A DNA stretch of 63,644 nt, filler included, from Octopus bimaculoides (GCF_001194135.2; 5 parts of 5 records of this genome joined end to end with filler, not necessarily neighbours in it); one strand, 5' to 3'; numbered from the whole stretch's first letter, positions 37,259 through 49,654 are shown. Notes: generated by a model from the sequence alone, not told the origin. Translations and numbers: made by a program.

Positions 37259-37766
37259 GCATAAATATTCTTTTCCACTCTAGACACAAGGCCCGACATT
37301 TTGGGAGAGGGGGCCAACTGGTACTTAATTTATCGACCTCGGAAGGATGAAAGGCAAAGTCGACCTCGCCGGAATTTGAACTTAGATCATCAAGACAGAC
37401 GAAATACCGCTAAGCACGCTCGCCTTAGATGCATAAATATTGTTTAGGCTTCTTTTATAATCATAGAATGTAATTTTAAGGGGGGTTGGCTGCTGTTATC
37501 AGCACGTCCAGCATCCACTCAGAATATCCTTCATTGGCCTATCTTTTCTTGGATTCTAGTCCTAACATTACGTTCACTATACTAAATATATATAAGCAAA
37601 AGCTTAGCATAACAAAATTAGGAAAGCAGAACTTTCTGATGATTTTAAACACATAACTAAATAACGATTATTTTAGAGATACTCTCACCCATATATTTAC
37701 TCTCGAATATACGTGTTTATTCCTAGTTATATCAAATTTTGAAAATCATATTTTTTTAAATTTCAG

Positions 37767-37877
37767 TTGATCCATGCAGCAGTAATCCCTGCAAAAATGG
37801 CGGAAGTTGCATAAATAATAGAACATCATTCACATGTCACTGTACATCAGGATATAGAGGAAATACCTGCACAATTT
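37767..37877 (+). CDS. EGF-repeat protein, EGF exon 6
   Basis: AG/GT, 111 nt, phase 1-1; DPCSSNPCKNGGSCINNRTSFTCHCTSGYRGNTCTI. Confidence 0.9.
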
Positions 37878-38474
37878 GTACGTTAATCTCCACTTCTTTT
37901 GTGTGTTGTATGCGAATCAAATACTGATTCGTGATTATCTATTTATTCATGTAGTTTTTAAAATCGTGACTGGTATCATATCTTCGGTACTGCAGAACAG
38001 TATCCAAAGCTTCGAACTTCTAAATCCACCTAAATATCGATAGATACAATAGGTAGGTTAATCACGCAATTATTCGAACCTGTAACATTATCGAAATGGC
38101 AAGTATTTGATAAGCTTTCTCTAACCACTTAACGGTCGGTTTCTTTTCAACACAACACTACTTATTCTAATTCATTGGGTGCCCATCCATTTATAGACTA
38201 GTGTCCTTGAAAGTCACACGAACCCATGAATCGCCTGGCTAATTTTCCACTACGGAATGCAAGCGTTTATTAACCCTAATCCTCATGCATAATGTTGGCC
38301 TGATCCAGTTACAAGTTATTGACGTATAAAGATTGAATTAAAATTGCTATATTAACTTATATAGAATTCACGTAAGTTTCCAGAATTTAATATCAATATT
38401 CCTCTGAGTTTTAAGCAAAGCTATTTTCCCTACTTAAACGCACGCACGAACACACACAGAAACACACACACACG

Positions 38475-38514
<40 letters not shown>

Positions 38515-38989
38515 CATACATATAAGTTCATACATATACATATATACGCACTTACATATTATATATGCATGCATATATGCATATATATGTATATATATAT
38601 ATATCTACTCAAAATGCATCACTTCAACTTGATATCTCTACCTACAAAACGGGTGTGATATCCTAGTTTTTTGTGTAATTTTTGCTACCCATGGTAACTA
38701 TTAACATATTTACATTGTCAAAGTTTTTTTTAAACTGTGATAATATTAATATATACATAAATGATTAACTTCTGGAAAGTTTTACAGATTTTTACGGTTT
38801 GAGTGAAGGTTGATCTGTAGTCTTCGAATCAGCTTCCTCGTTTCNNNNNNNNNNNNNNNNNNNNNNNNNNNNNNNNNNNNNNNNNNNNNNNNNNNNNNNN
38901 NNNNNNNNNNNNNNNNNNNNNNNTATATATATATTCGTATACGCGTATATATAGATACATATATACATACACACGCACACATATATGAA

Positions 38990-39304
38990 TGTATGCCATT
39001 ATTCAGTTTTATTTCAAGGTTTCTTTCCAAAACAGAAAGAGCAGGTTTCTAACTTAAATCCAAGGCTCTTCTTTGGAATTGCAACATCAATAGTGTATTT
39101 TTGTATTAATTTGAGTATATGTGCAGTTTTTGGGGTCGCTGCATGTGCAGATTTGTATGGTATGTTTTGTATTCACATGCATATAGTTGCATGTCTAGAA
39201 ATGCTCGTATATATACATAAATGATTAACTTCTGGAAAGTTTTACAGATTTTTACGGTTTGAGTGAAGGTTGATCTGTAGTCTTCGAATCAGCTTCCTCG
39301 TTTC
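38990..39304 (+). repeat. Dispersed repeat family (ttattcagttt...aacttctggaaagttttacagatttt)
   Basis: Related copies at approximately 50290-50680 (reverse) and 57735-58040. The last 94 nt are also duplicated exactly at 38751-38844. Confidence 0.7.
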
Positions 39305-39785
39305 TGGTTTTGAGAAGCCTAATTTCTCACGTTTGGTACTTAGGCATTGTGTTACATATCCCAGAACCCCAATAATTACAGGTATAAACCTGAATTAGTA
39401 ATTTAGATAGAGAAACTGTGAATTTCTTAAGAGTTCAGCGTAGGTTTTTTTTTCACCGATCTTTAGCTTTATGTTAATATCATGTATATATGTTTGTATG
39501 TATGAGAGAGCAGTGCATACCATCAAAGTGACACTGGGGTAAAATATACGAAGCCCAGTTATGTATGAATGTATGTATGTCTCTTCTATTTTTTTTTTTT
39601 TATTGTTATCAATCTTTCATTAAGGAGGGAGCCAGTTTCCAACAAAGATACAAGGCTCCATCATGGGTGAGAAACCCTGCTCTATGTAATGAATTATCGT
39701 GCGAACATTTATCCGCCTAATGTCAAAAACTATTTTCTTTTATTAACCACATACGGTACATCTCATTAAATACTTTCTCCTTTAG

Positions 39786-39896
39786 TCGATCCCTGTAGTA
39801 GTCATCCGTGTCAAAATGGCGGAAAATGTACCAATGTCGGTTCAAATTTTACGTGCGAATGTTTACCTGGATTCAGAGACGAAGTCTGCTCAACAG
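39786..39896 (+). CDS. EGF-repeat protein, EGF exon 7
   Basis: AG/GTAAGT, 111 nt, phase 1-1; [36 protein letters not shown]. Confidence 0.9.
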
Positions 39897-40119
39897 GTAA
39901 GTAAATAGTTTTACTCAATATTCATTGTGTGTCATCAATGTTTATTCTCCACCACTGATTGTCAGCCGATGCTGGTGTGTTTACGTCCCCGTAAACTAAT
40001 GTTTCGGCAAAAGAGGCCCTAATCAATAGTAGCTTCAAAGATAAATTAATATCATCCCTCAAATAATAATCAAAATATTAATAATAGATCTAGTTGCATC
40101 AAAGATAACGTGGTACATA

Positions 40120-40900
40120 ACCACTCTAGCATTGATGAGAATAAGAAACCTAAAAATAGGCCAAGGAAAATTATTCGGTTCGCCCCTCCAATTGCCTTAA
40201 TATGAAAACTAACATTGGTAAAAGATTCTTGTCTCTCCTAGACAAACACTTTCCAGCAACTCACAGATACAAGAAAATTTTAATAGGCGTTCTGTGAAAT
40301 TATCAAATAGCTGCTGTCCCAATATGAAGAGTATCATTACACGTGGTCAATACTGAGAGCCTGAATCCAGTTGCAACTGTTGCGACCCAAGATCCTGGCC
40401 ACTTGACCAACGATGTATGACTAAATCAATCACATATGAGGCAGAAGTTACTGCAACCCTAAATAATAATACAACTGATAAGAAGACTTGTATTGGATTA
40501 TATGGAGGTGAATTTAAAAATCGCTCTGCCAATCACATAGCTTCCTTCCGACATAGGGACAAAAGTAAAGCTACTAAGTTGGCTAGCTACATGTGGACTT
40601 TGAAAGATAACGAAACACCACATCTGATTAAATGGGAAGTAATTGAGAAATCCATACCTTATGTGAATGGATAGAATAAATGTAGACTTGCGCAGATCCT
40701 GTTCAGATCTCAGATCCCAAACTCTCTATTGAACTCCATGTCATAAGTTTTCAGTGGCTTCATGCATATGTATGAATATATTCTGAAGAACTAGAAAATT
40801 CCCCCTATGCCTGACTGGCTTGATATATTTCCAGCTTTATCATTTAAGGTCGAAGGAGGATAGCTCTTTTACCTTTTTATATTTTAGTTTTTACATTTTA
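40120..40900 (+). mobile_element. Penelope-like element remnant, linker plus GIY-YIG endonuclease
   Basis: KTNIGKRFLSLLDKHFP..HRYKKIFNR..VKLS.SCCPNMKSII, then CNC..P...CMTKSITYEAEV...CIGL..GEFKNR.ANH..SF...ATKLASYMW.LKD...IKWEVI...PY.NG..KC.L. Confidence 0.88.
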
Positions 40901-41172
40901 TTTTCTACTTTTCGTTTTCCGTTTTCCGTTGTTTACTGTCTGCGTTTTTTATATGCTACCTTCTCAGTTTTTTTCGCGTTTCTTCTATTATTCAATTTCT
41001 TTAGTTCGTTATGATATGTGGTTTGCGTTTGAAGAATATGATTGAGTTTTCTCAACATATGAAACTATCAACAGCGCTTTAAAACATTTATTGTGACCTT
41101 TAAATAAATAATATTTATCTCTCACCAGATGGAGTACCCTTTTTGTTGAATTTTCTAACACGGATCAGTACA

Positions 41173-41230
<58 letters not shown>

Positions 41231-41397
41231 NNNNNNNNNNTTATTTAATGCTTTATGAATTTCTAAATCTATTATTATCCGTCTTTGCACAACAAAATAT
41301 TTGTGTGTTAAAATATCGGTGTGCTTAGTAGTGGTATGTAAATAAGGCGGTGAGCTGGCAGAAACGTTAGCACGCCGGTCGAACTGCTTCGCGGTAT

Positions 41398-42787
41398 AAC
41401 GGCTCCGTGAATTATTGTGAATTATTGTGAATATTGTTGTGTTACTTTGTGAAAACTGTCTCGGTAAATAATCGTGACTTTTGTGGAATTATTACGGTTA
41501 CGTTTCACGCGTGCTGCTGCAATTTTTCCCAGCTATGGCAAGTGGTAGTGTCTGCAGTATGGAGAGCTACGCCAAGGCCACTGCGGTGAGGAAGCCAATG
41601 CCGCTAGAAACCAAGTTAATCAAGTGGGATATGGAGGAGGTGACCAGAAGCAGGAATTTGATAGAAGTTGAGGGAGACTCATACAAATTGTGTCCCCCAA
41701 AAGAGACTAAAGAAAACAAAATGCTGAGGATAGTAGTGTATCGTACACAGGCTGTTGAAACCTGTAAAATTGAAATGGTGACGGAAGAGGAAATCGAGGA
41801 GTGCCTGGGTGAAATTGTGAATGAAGCCATGTACATCAACAGAGGAAGAAAGTTCGGTACGGTAGAGGTGAGGTTTGCCACTGTAGAAGAGGCAACCAAG
41901 CATGCAACCAATATATTAAGAAGTGAGAAAATAGCATTGCTACCAAGCTATAGAGGAAGAAGAAGTGTGAAAATACGAATTCCCAGAGTTACACCAGAAA
42001 AAGGAATGGTTAACAGAAAACAAAACAGAGATAAAAAAAAAGCCAGAAACTAATAATGTGCAAGAAGAGGAGGAGAGAACGGATGTGAAATACAAGGGGG
42101 TTTTGATAAATTACGAGAATTGCGAGCAGGTGGAGAGAAAAGTCGAGAGGTTGGAGGAAATAATAAGAGTGAAAATGCCAGAGAAATGTGCTGAGAAATG
42201 CATTTTGATATGTGAGGAAAGCTGCTGGGAGTGCATAAAAGAACCTGGTGAAAATATAATAACGAAACGGGTATGGTTGGTGGAGACACCNNNNNNNNNN
42301 NNNNNNNNNNNNNNNNNNNNNNNNNNNNNNNNNNNNNNNNNNNNNNNNNNNNNNNNNNNNNNNNNNNNNNNNNNNNNNNNNNNNNNNNNNNNNNNNNNNN
42401 NNNNNNNNNNNNNNNNNNNNNNNNNNNNNNNNNNNNNNNNNNNNNNNNNNNNNNNNNNNNNNNNNNNNNNNNNNNNNNNNNNNNNNNNNNNNNNNNNNNN
42501 NNNNNNNNNNNNNNNNNNNNNNNNNNNNNNNNNNNNNNNNNNNNNNNNNNNNNNNNNNNNNNNNNNTTAAAATGTTTACATGACGTTGAACGTAAAAGTG
42601 AAAAACTGGATAAATGTAACCACCGGACTTTGGGGATCGAGTGGACATTGCGCCTCATTTTTTTCATTCTTGCATATTATCATTTTATTTTAATTACCCC
42701 GATTTTATGTTTGCGTTTTGTACTGCCTTTATGTTTTGTGATGTCTTAAACATTCTTTGTATAGCCCTTTATGGGTAATAAAGAAAT
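41398..42787 (+). mobile_element. L1/Tx1-like LINE with ORF1 (RRM-like) inserted into a SINE
   Basis: ORF from ATG 41535 contains ...GRKFGTVEVRFATVEEA...LLPSYRGRRSVKIRIPRV. AATAAA at 42777-42782. Flanked by a cggtat duplication (41392-41397 and 42788-42793) and by the two halves of a family A SINE. Confidence 0.75.
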
Positions 42788-43231
42788 CGGTATTTCGTCT
42801 GTCTTTACGTTCTGAGTTCAAATTCCGCCAAAGTCAACTTTGCCTTTCTTCCTTTCGAGGTCGGTAAATTAAGTACCAGTTGCGTACTGGGGGTCGATCT
42901 AGTCAACTGGCTCCGTCACCAAAACTTTCGGGCCTTGTGCCTAGAGTAGAAAAATATACTGATAAACAAAATCCTTTGTGTGCGTGTGTTTGCACGTGTG
43001 TGTGCGTGTATGCATATATACGTGTGTGTATATAAATGTTATATATGTACATGTTTATATGTTTGTATGTGTATATATGTATATATACGTTTATATGGAT
43101 ATATGTGTGTACATACGTGTTTTTTTATGCAAGTGTTTTTTTTATGTAAACAACTGCAATATACACGCTTCAAATCCCAATAACAAAAGACAATGTACAA
43201 ATCTTAAAATGGAATTTCTTTAAATCCTTAG

Positions 43232-43342
43232 CTGATCCATGCCGCATCCGTCCCTGCCAAAACAATGGTACCTGCATAGCCCTCAATACAGGCTTTAGAT
43301 GTGATTGCAAACCGGGTTATCGTGGAAATGATTGTTCAGTAG
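43232..43342 (+). CDS. EGF-repeat protein, EGF exon 8
   Basis: AG/GT, 111 nt, phase 1-1; DPCRIRPCQNNGTCIALNTGFRCDCKPGYRGNDCSV. Confidence 0.88.
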
Positions 43343-43644
43343 GTTAGTGTCTCTACATTTCTTCTTCACAAAATTCTGAGTTTATTGTATACACGAACAT
43401 AATATTATTCATCATGATATTCAGTAGACTAAAGTCACGCGATGGAGATCCAGCGCCCATGACAGAAGATTCACGTATGTGCTTTTATGCACCAAGTGCG
43501 TGTAGAAGAGAATTTCTCAAGGGTATTAATGTTATATTCCGTGTTCTAACAACTCATCCAAGTTAAATTGAAGGTAAACATTACCTTCAGGTATTAATAC
43601 TGCTTCCATCGCTACACACACACACACAGACAGACAGACAAACA

Positions 43645-43696
<52 letters not shown>

Positions 43697-44281
43697 NNNN
43701 NNNNNNNNNNNNNNNNNNNNNNNNNNNNNNNNNNNNNNNNNNNNNNNNNNNNNNNNNNNNNNNNNNNNNNNNNNNNNNNNNNNNNNNNNNNNNNNNNNNN
43801 NNNNNNNNNNNNNNNNNNNNNNNNNNNNNNNNNNNNNNNNNNNNNNNNNNNNNNNNNNNNNNNNNNNNNNNNNNNNNNNNNNNNNNNNNNNNNNNNNNNN
43901 NNNNNNNNNNNNNNNNNNNNNNNNNNNNNNNNNNNNNNNNNNNNNNNNNNNNNNNNNNNNNNNNNNNNNNNNNNNNNNNNNNNNNNNNNNNNNNNNNNNN
44001 NNNNNNNNNNNNNNNNNNNNNNNNNNNNNNNNNNNNNNNNNNNNNNNNNNNNNNNNNNNNNNNNNNNNNNNNNNNNNNNNNNNNNNNNNNNNNNNNNNNN
44101 NNNNNNNNNNNNNNNNNNNNNNNNNNNNNNNNNNNNNNNNNNNNNNNNNNNNNNNNNNNNNNNNNNNNNNNNNNNNNNNNNNNNNNNNNNNNNNNNNATA
44201 TATATATATATATATATATATAGCTGTTACTGTATTATATGGCATTGTTTATTTTTAACTATTTCTTTTTTTTTTCTTCAG

Positions 44282-44392
44282 GTGACCCTTGCCTTAGTCA
44301 ACCATGTAATAATGGGGCAACATGTTTGAACAACGGATCGAATTTTAGCTGTCAATGTCCTCCCGGATTCAATGGTCCTCGGTGCTCAGTAG
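44282..44392 (+). CDS. EGF-repeat protein, EGF exon 9
   Basis: AG/GT, 111 nt, phase 1-1; DPCLSQPCNNGATCLNNGSNFSCQCPPGFNGPRCSV. Confidence 0.9.
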
Positions 44393-44899
44393 GTTGGTAA
44401 ATTAAGTTACTCAGAATGCCAATAAATATTGGTAAATAATCTCACCGAAAATATAATTATAACAATTAAGTCGACTCAAAAATTTAAACATAAATATAAA
44501 CAGACTATTAATAAATAAGAAAGTAACACAATAAAGACATGAATTATCCAATATGATAACGTAAGAGATATTTTCTACTTAATACTCGAACAAGTTTTTT
44601 GAAAATATATATTAATACATGCATAGAAATACGTATATAAACACATCCTTTGCTATATATTGGCTTATTAGATAAAATCGTTTGGCTTTTCTCCCTATTT
44701 ATTTTCTTCGTTATTTTTCGTAAGCGACTTTAACAAATCAGTCTATGATATATTCTCTTTCATTATTCATGACCTCTTATCAAAATTCCTGTAGCTTCTC
44801 AATGCCTTGACAATAAAAATGACCGGGTCTTGATTCAAAGAATTTATTTAGCTACGTTTTCAGTCCCACGTAGTTGTAGAGCGACGAATAAGGTGATAA

Positions 44900-45700
44900 T
44901 CTGAAGTTTCTATATAAGAATACGGTGGGTCTGGCAGAACTTCCCAACCGAGAACTTGAATAGCATTTTTGGTCAAATTAGCAACTTTAGAGCGAGCGTT
45001 ATCCTATTAAAGGAGCACACCGTGTCACCGCTCGGGTCTTTTCAGCCTGATTGCCTCGTTAAGCCGGTGCATTTTCTAAACGCAAAGTTCCTCATTGGCC
45101 GTGTTTTTGTTTCCAAGCAATCCCACCAAACGCATGTATGAAGTTCTGGCTTGACTTGAAGTGCTGCTTGTCGGAATTCGGACATTCTTTCTGCGTCATA
45201 TTGACACAAAGACACCGTATTTTATCAACGGGGATAATACGGTAGGGAACTCTCGTTTGTGTCCACGAGTAGCCTAGTGTCAAGCGGGCAAGCTGGTGAC
45301 AATAAAAGAGCCCTGGAGTTTGTCTCATTCGTTCAATGTATGTGGCGCCCATGCACTGACCCTTTGGACCTTACCCATCGAGTGATGGTTACAAGCAATC
45401 GTATCATGAGAACATTCTATTTGCTGAGCTATTTCCCTTATAGATTGGCGTGGATCCTCGTAGTTGAGCACGTTCAACCGATCCTCTTTGAACTAAACAG
45501 GCCGGATGCGAAGTGTCTTTAAGGTCAAGTTTCCCATCCTTGGAGTGTGAAAAATATATGAGTCTTCTCCGTAAACATTACAAATGTCTTCAGCGGCTTT
45601 GGTTGCTTTGGAAATTTAACTGAGAACGAACGGGAGCAAGTGTGGAAAATACTATTTTTCTTCTTGAAACCTCAATGTCATATGTCTGAAATGGAATAAA
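44900..45700 (-). mobile_element. Mariner transposase remnant
   Basis: The minus strand gives WEVLPDPPYS (YSPDL region), a DKIRCLCVNM.QKE segment (DEKW.LYVN-like) and a decayed WVPHELNE equivalent. Confidence 0.75.
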
Positions 45701-46372
45701 AATTATTCAAATTTCAAAAATGATAAACAAAATCTGTAAAGGAAGAAATGAGCTACAATAAATCATAAAACACAACGACAAAAATATTTTTCGCCTAAAT
45801 TCAAATAACATTATCGAACAGCCCAATATGTAAAATATACCAGCCAAGAATTAATATAACCTATACGACAAGCTTCTACACAATTTCTGCCCGAACAAGT
45901 TTGCTCACAAACTTCGGATCAACAAGGAAGCTTTATAAAAGACATGATATATGTAATGAAATAAAGAATGGCTCAATACATTTTAGCAGTGCACATATTT
46001 GTTAAACTTTCAAAAGAAGAGCGGTGATAGTGACTTCGAAGTTTCGGCTGCTTGGCTTCAAGGCTGAAATTTAATGCCACTGTCATTCCTCTTCTTGTAA
46101 ATGTTTCATATACGTATAACTGAGGGTTTGTCGTGCGACTCATGTTTCACATCACTCCATGAATAAATTCTTAACCAGTATTTTCAACGCAGTATTTTCA
46201 TTATTAGCTAAATCAACAATGGTCATTTTTTTGGAGACGTTTTTCGGATTTGTCATTTGTTGAGTTACCTCATAATCTGTAGTTCATGTTCAAACTTTCT
46301 TATTCTTAGTTCATCCTTGCCATTGAGTAATACCTCAATGCGTATTTTATGCTCCAACTTTCTTTTTCTTAG

Positions 46373-46483
46373 TTGATCCTTGCCACAGTGATCCATGCAA
46401 GAATGGAGGCACATGCCAAAATGAAGAGTCAAGTTACAGATGTCTATGTCCATCAGGGTTTGGAGGAGATGACTGTTCAATAG
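46373..46483 (+). CDS. EGF-repeat protein, EGF exon 10
   Basis: AG/GT, 111 nt, phase 1-1; DPCHSDPCKNGGTCQNEESSYRCLCPSGFGGDDCSI. Confidence 0.88.
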   Translation: MILATVIHARMEAHAKMKSQVTDVYVHQGLEEMTVQ

Positions 46484-47539
46484 GTATTTATTTTGTCTCA
46501 AGAATTCCTCTTTATATTATACAGAAATCTATGACATCGCTATGACATGCAAATCCACATATGAGGCGCTTGAAGAAGTCTTAATTTGTCACTTGACCAC
46601 ATAGTATTAGCAGCTAAATGCTTCACAAATAAAAAAAAGGAGTGACACAATGTAAAGTCTAGTCCCAAATATTAGTTTATCACGAAAACTATGTTAGGAA
46701 TCAGTTTTCTCTGCGTGCAGATTCAAAAATTTCCTGAAAACACTTTTGTTAATGTTATCATTATATTGCTTTCTGAGCGGCTTGTGAATAGGTAATTCAT
46801 GACTGGAAAGAATTACGATGGAATAAAGCACTATATTCACTGCATAAGTAATCAAAAACTGTTTAGAATCTGAGAAGATGAGGAGAGATCATCTTTGACG
46901 GCGTGGATCAACAACAGAAACGATTGTGAAGGAGATAGTTGAGTGCTGCTCATGGCTTAAGTGGGTGTACCACGAGATGTTCTTGAGAGGAGTAACGTTT
47001 ATGTATTCTTGTTGTCGAAAGAGACAGTATTTGCATATTTTCCTTGCTGTATTCTTTTGAGGTTGTGGTTGATGCTATTTATTCTGCTCGTCAACGTTTC
47101 GAATTAAACACCTGCGGTAAAAACAAAAAAATAAACATTAGTATGGAGTCTCGAGTGGGGACGTTCTAGAAAGGAAGGACAAGGCGTAATGATTAGTGCG
47201 GGGTCTGGTGGGAAGGGAGCTTGCACAATAAGGATAAGGGACGAAGAAGGAGAAAGAAATGAGGTGGGAGAGAATAAGAGTTGAATGAGCCTTGCAGCTC
47301 CAAAGAAAAATCCATTATAGTGGTGGAAAAAAAAGCAGAGAGAGGAGAGATTACATCTATGGGACGGAAGCTGAGACATATATTTGTATGACCTCATCTC
47401 AATCACTCGGGTAGCTTTTTTTCTAGATGTAATCTAGGATATCTGAACATTGTAAAGTGTTACTAATTACTGGTACTAGATTAAGTTCTGATCACGATGA
47501 GAAGAGCCAATCATTGGGACTCAATCCTAACAATGTTTA

Positions 47540-47870
47540 GAATACGATCTCGACAGGATAGATCATCTCTGAAGGCGTAGCTCAACAACAGAAACGATTC
47601 TGAAAGAACTAGCTGAGTGCTGCACATGCTTAAGTGGATGTAGCAAAAGTCTTCTTGAGATGAATAACGTTTCGTCGTTGTTGAAATAGACTGGATTTGC
47701 ATATTTCCCTTGCTGTATGCTTTTGAGGTTTCTGGCCATGGAATAAGTGTCTGTTTGCTGTATAGTGCGCAAGTTTTCAATAGATAATTCTTGGTTGGAA
47801 ATAGTCAGGATAGAATAAAGCACTATGTCCTTTGCATAAGTAATCAAAAGTTATTTCGAGTGTGAGAAGA
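47540..47870 (-). mobile_element. Decayed non-LTR RT fragment, partly duplicated at ~46810-47080
   Basis: MITYAKDIVLYS (YADD-like). Blocks agatcatct..gaaggcgt..ctcaacaacagaaacgatt and gaataaagcactat..tgcataagtaatcaaaa occur twice in direct orientation. Confidence 0.55.
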
Positions 47871-47917
47871 GATGCATCCATATTATTGTACATATAACGT
47901 ATTTCTTTCTTTGTCAG

Positions 47918-48028
47918 TGGATCCATGTAGCAGCCAACCATGTCTAAATGGAGCCTCGTGTATCAACAACGGTTCAGCCTTTATTTGTCAATGTCAACTT
48001 GGATTCAAGGGTCTTCTCTGTACGATAG
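47918..48028 (+). CDS. EGF-repeat protein, EGF exon 11
   Basis: AG/GT, 111 nt, phase 1-1; DPCSSQPCLNGASCINNGSAFICQCQLGFKGLLCTI. Confidence 0.9.
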
Positions 48029-48178
48029 GTATGTAAAGTTATAATATGTTACATTTAATATCTCAATGTTTCTTAATATTATTTGTCATATCATTATGTG
48101 CGTTATGCTCTTAGTGTTACTAATGATTGCATATAAGCTAAATACTTGTATGTATTGTAAATTTATCAGTAAATCATG

Positions 48179-48219
<41 letters not shown>

Positions 48220-48463
48220 GTATCCAATGTATATAATGAAGCTGTATGGCCTCGTGAATCTCAGTCTAGATTTATGGACTGGGTGTATAGTCTGCACTTG
48301 TCCAAGACACTTGCCCCGATTTCTTTCTCTAAAAAAATGAGATCTACTTGAAGTAAAATCTTGTCTCCGACATCTTATAGGTGCCAGAAGCCAACAGCCT
48401 TTAATGTGCGTACATAGATGTTTTATATATNNNNNNNNNNNNNNNNNNNNNNNNNNNNNNNNN

Positions 48464-48494
<31 letters not shown>

Positions 48495-48805
48495 GAGACT
48501 AACGGACAGACACGTGCTTGCATACATTTACATGTATGCATATAAAAAGCGCTAGGCAGACAATCACGTTGAAATCTGTACAGATATATGTTTAGTAGAT
48601 AAATGGAACTGAGATTCTTTTGTATGGAATTATGATGTTGCAGCCGGTAAACTTCGTTCAGTAAAGCTGATAACATTGCTCTGTCTAGAGGAAATTTTTT
48701 ACGTTTAAAGTAACAATGGCCATTTTATTGGAGAAGTTTTGGGATTTGTTTTTTGTTGAGTAATACCTCAATGCGTATGTCATGCTCCAACTTGCTTTTT
48801 CTTAG

Positions 48806-48916
48806 TTGATCCTTGCCACAGTGATCCATGCAAAAATGGAGGGACATGCCAAGAAGAAGAATCTAGTTATAGATGTCTATGTCCACCAGGATTTAAAGAA
48901 AATGACTGTTCAATAG
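48806..48916 (+). CDS. EGF-repeat protein, EGF exon 12 (recent duplicate of exon 10)
   Basis: AG/GT, 111 nt, phase 1-1; DPCHSDPCKNGGTCQEEESSYRCLCPPGFKENDCSI. Confidence 0.88.
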   Translation: MILATVIHAKMEGHAKKKNLVIDVYVHQDLKKMTVQ

Positions 48917-49654
48917 GTAATTATTTGATTTAATGAATCCCGTTTTATACCACACAAAGGACTGTGAAAGCAGTTGCCATTATCATAATCCTTCGGTGTA
49001 CGTAGATACATGTATACATGTACACGATGGGATACCTGAAAGTTCCTGGCTTTAAGGGTGTCGCGAAAGACCTGGTCGGCTGAAATAATATAGATCTTAT
49101 AATATATTACGGGAAGTCTGTAACTTATTTCCCCTTCCTATGCCCAAATTATTGTAGTATGATGTACTTCACTTGCATTCTCGTGCTTGTTCTTATTCTT
49201 ATTCTACTCTATTTAAAAGGATAAACACACTGTAACTATTCCTAACTGATTTTATATGTGTTATTTTATAAGTACCAGTTGAACATTGAGGCTGATGTAA
49301 TCGACCTAGCCCCTCCCCGAAATTGCTGGCGTTGTGCCTAAATTTCAAATCAATATTTACAATGCACGTTGAACAAAGCTGCCTGCTGACAATTACATAC
49401 CCTATTTTCCGACCTTGTTAACAATTTTTCTACTTTTCCTTCAGCAATTTTGTAACTGACCACCTGCTAAATAACGAGATATTTAAAATTTCAATACTCT
49501 CTTGAAGTGGGATACTGTAAGGAATCCTAGAACGGACTGTCCATTGTATTTGATATAATCATATAAATAAGCTCATATGCACAAACACGCACATGTATAT
49601 GTAATTGCACATCTGTGCATATGTAATGAATATTTTTGGAGTAAGCGTGTGTTG

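Noticed and set aside
40783-40860. CTGAAGA downstream of the PLE GIY-YIG as a hammerhead
   Set aside because: No matching GAAA-stem III-UH half is present.
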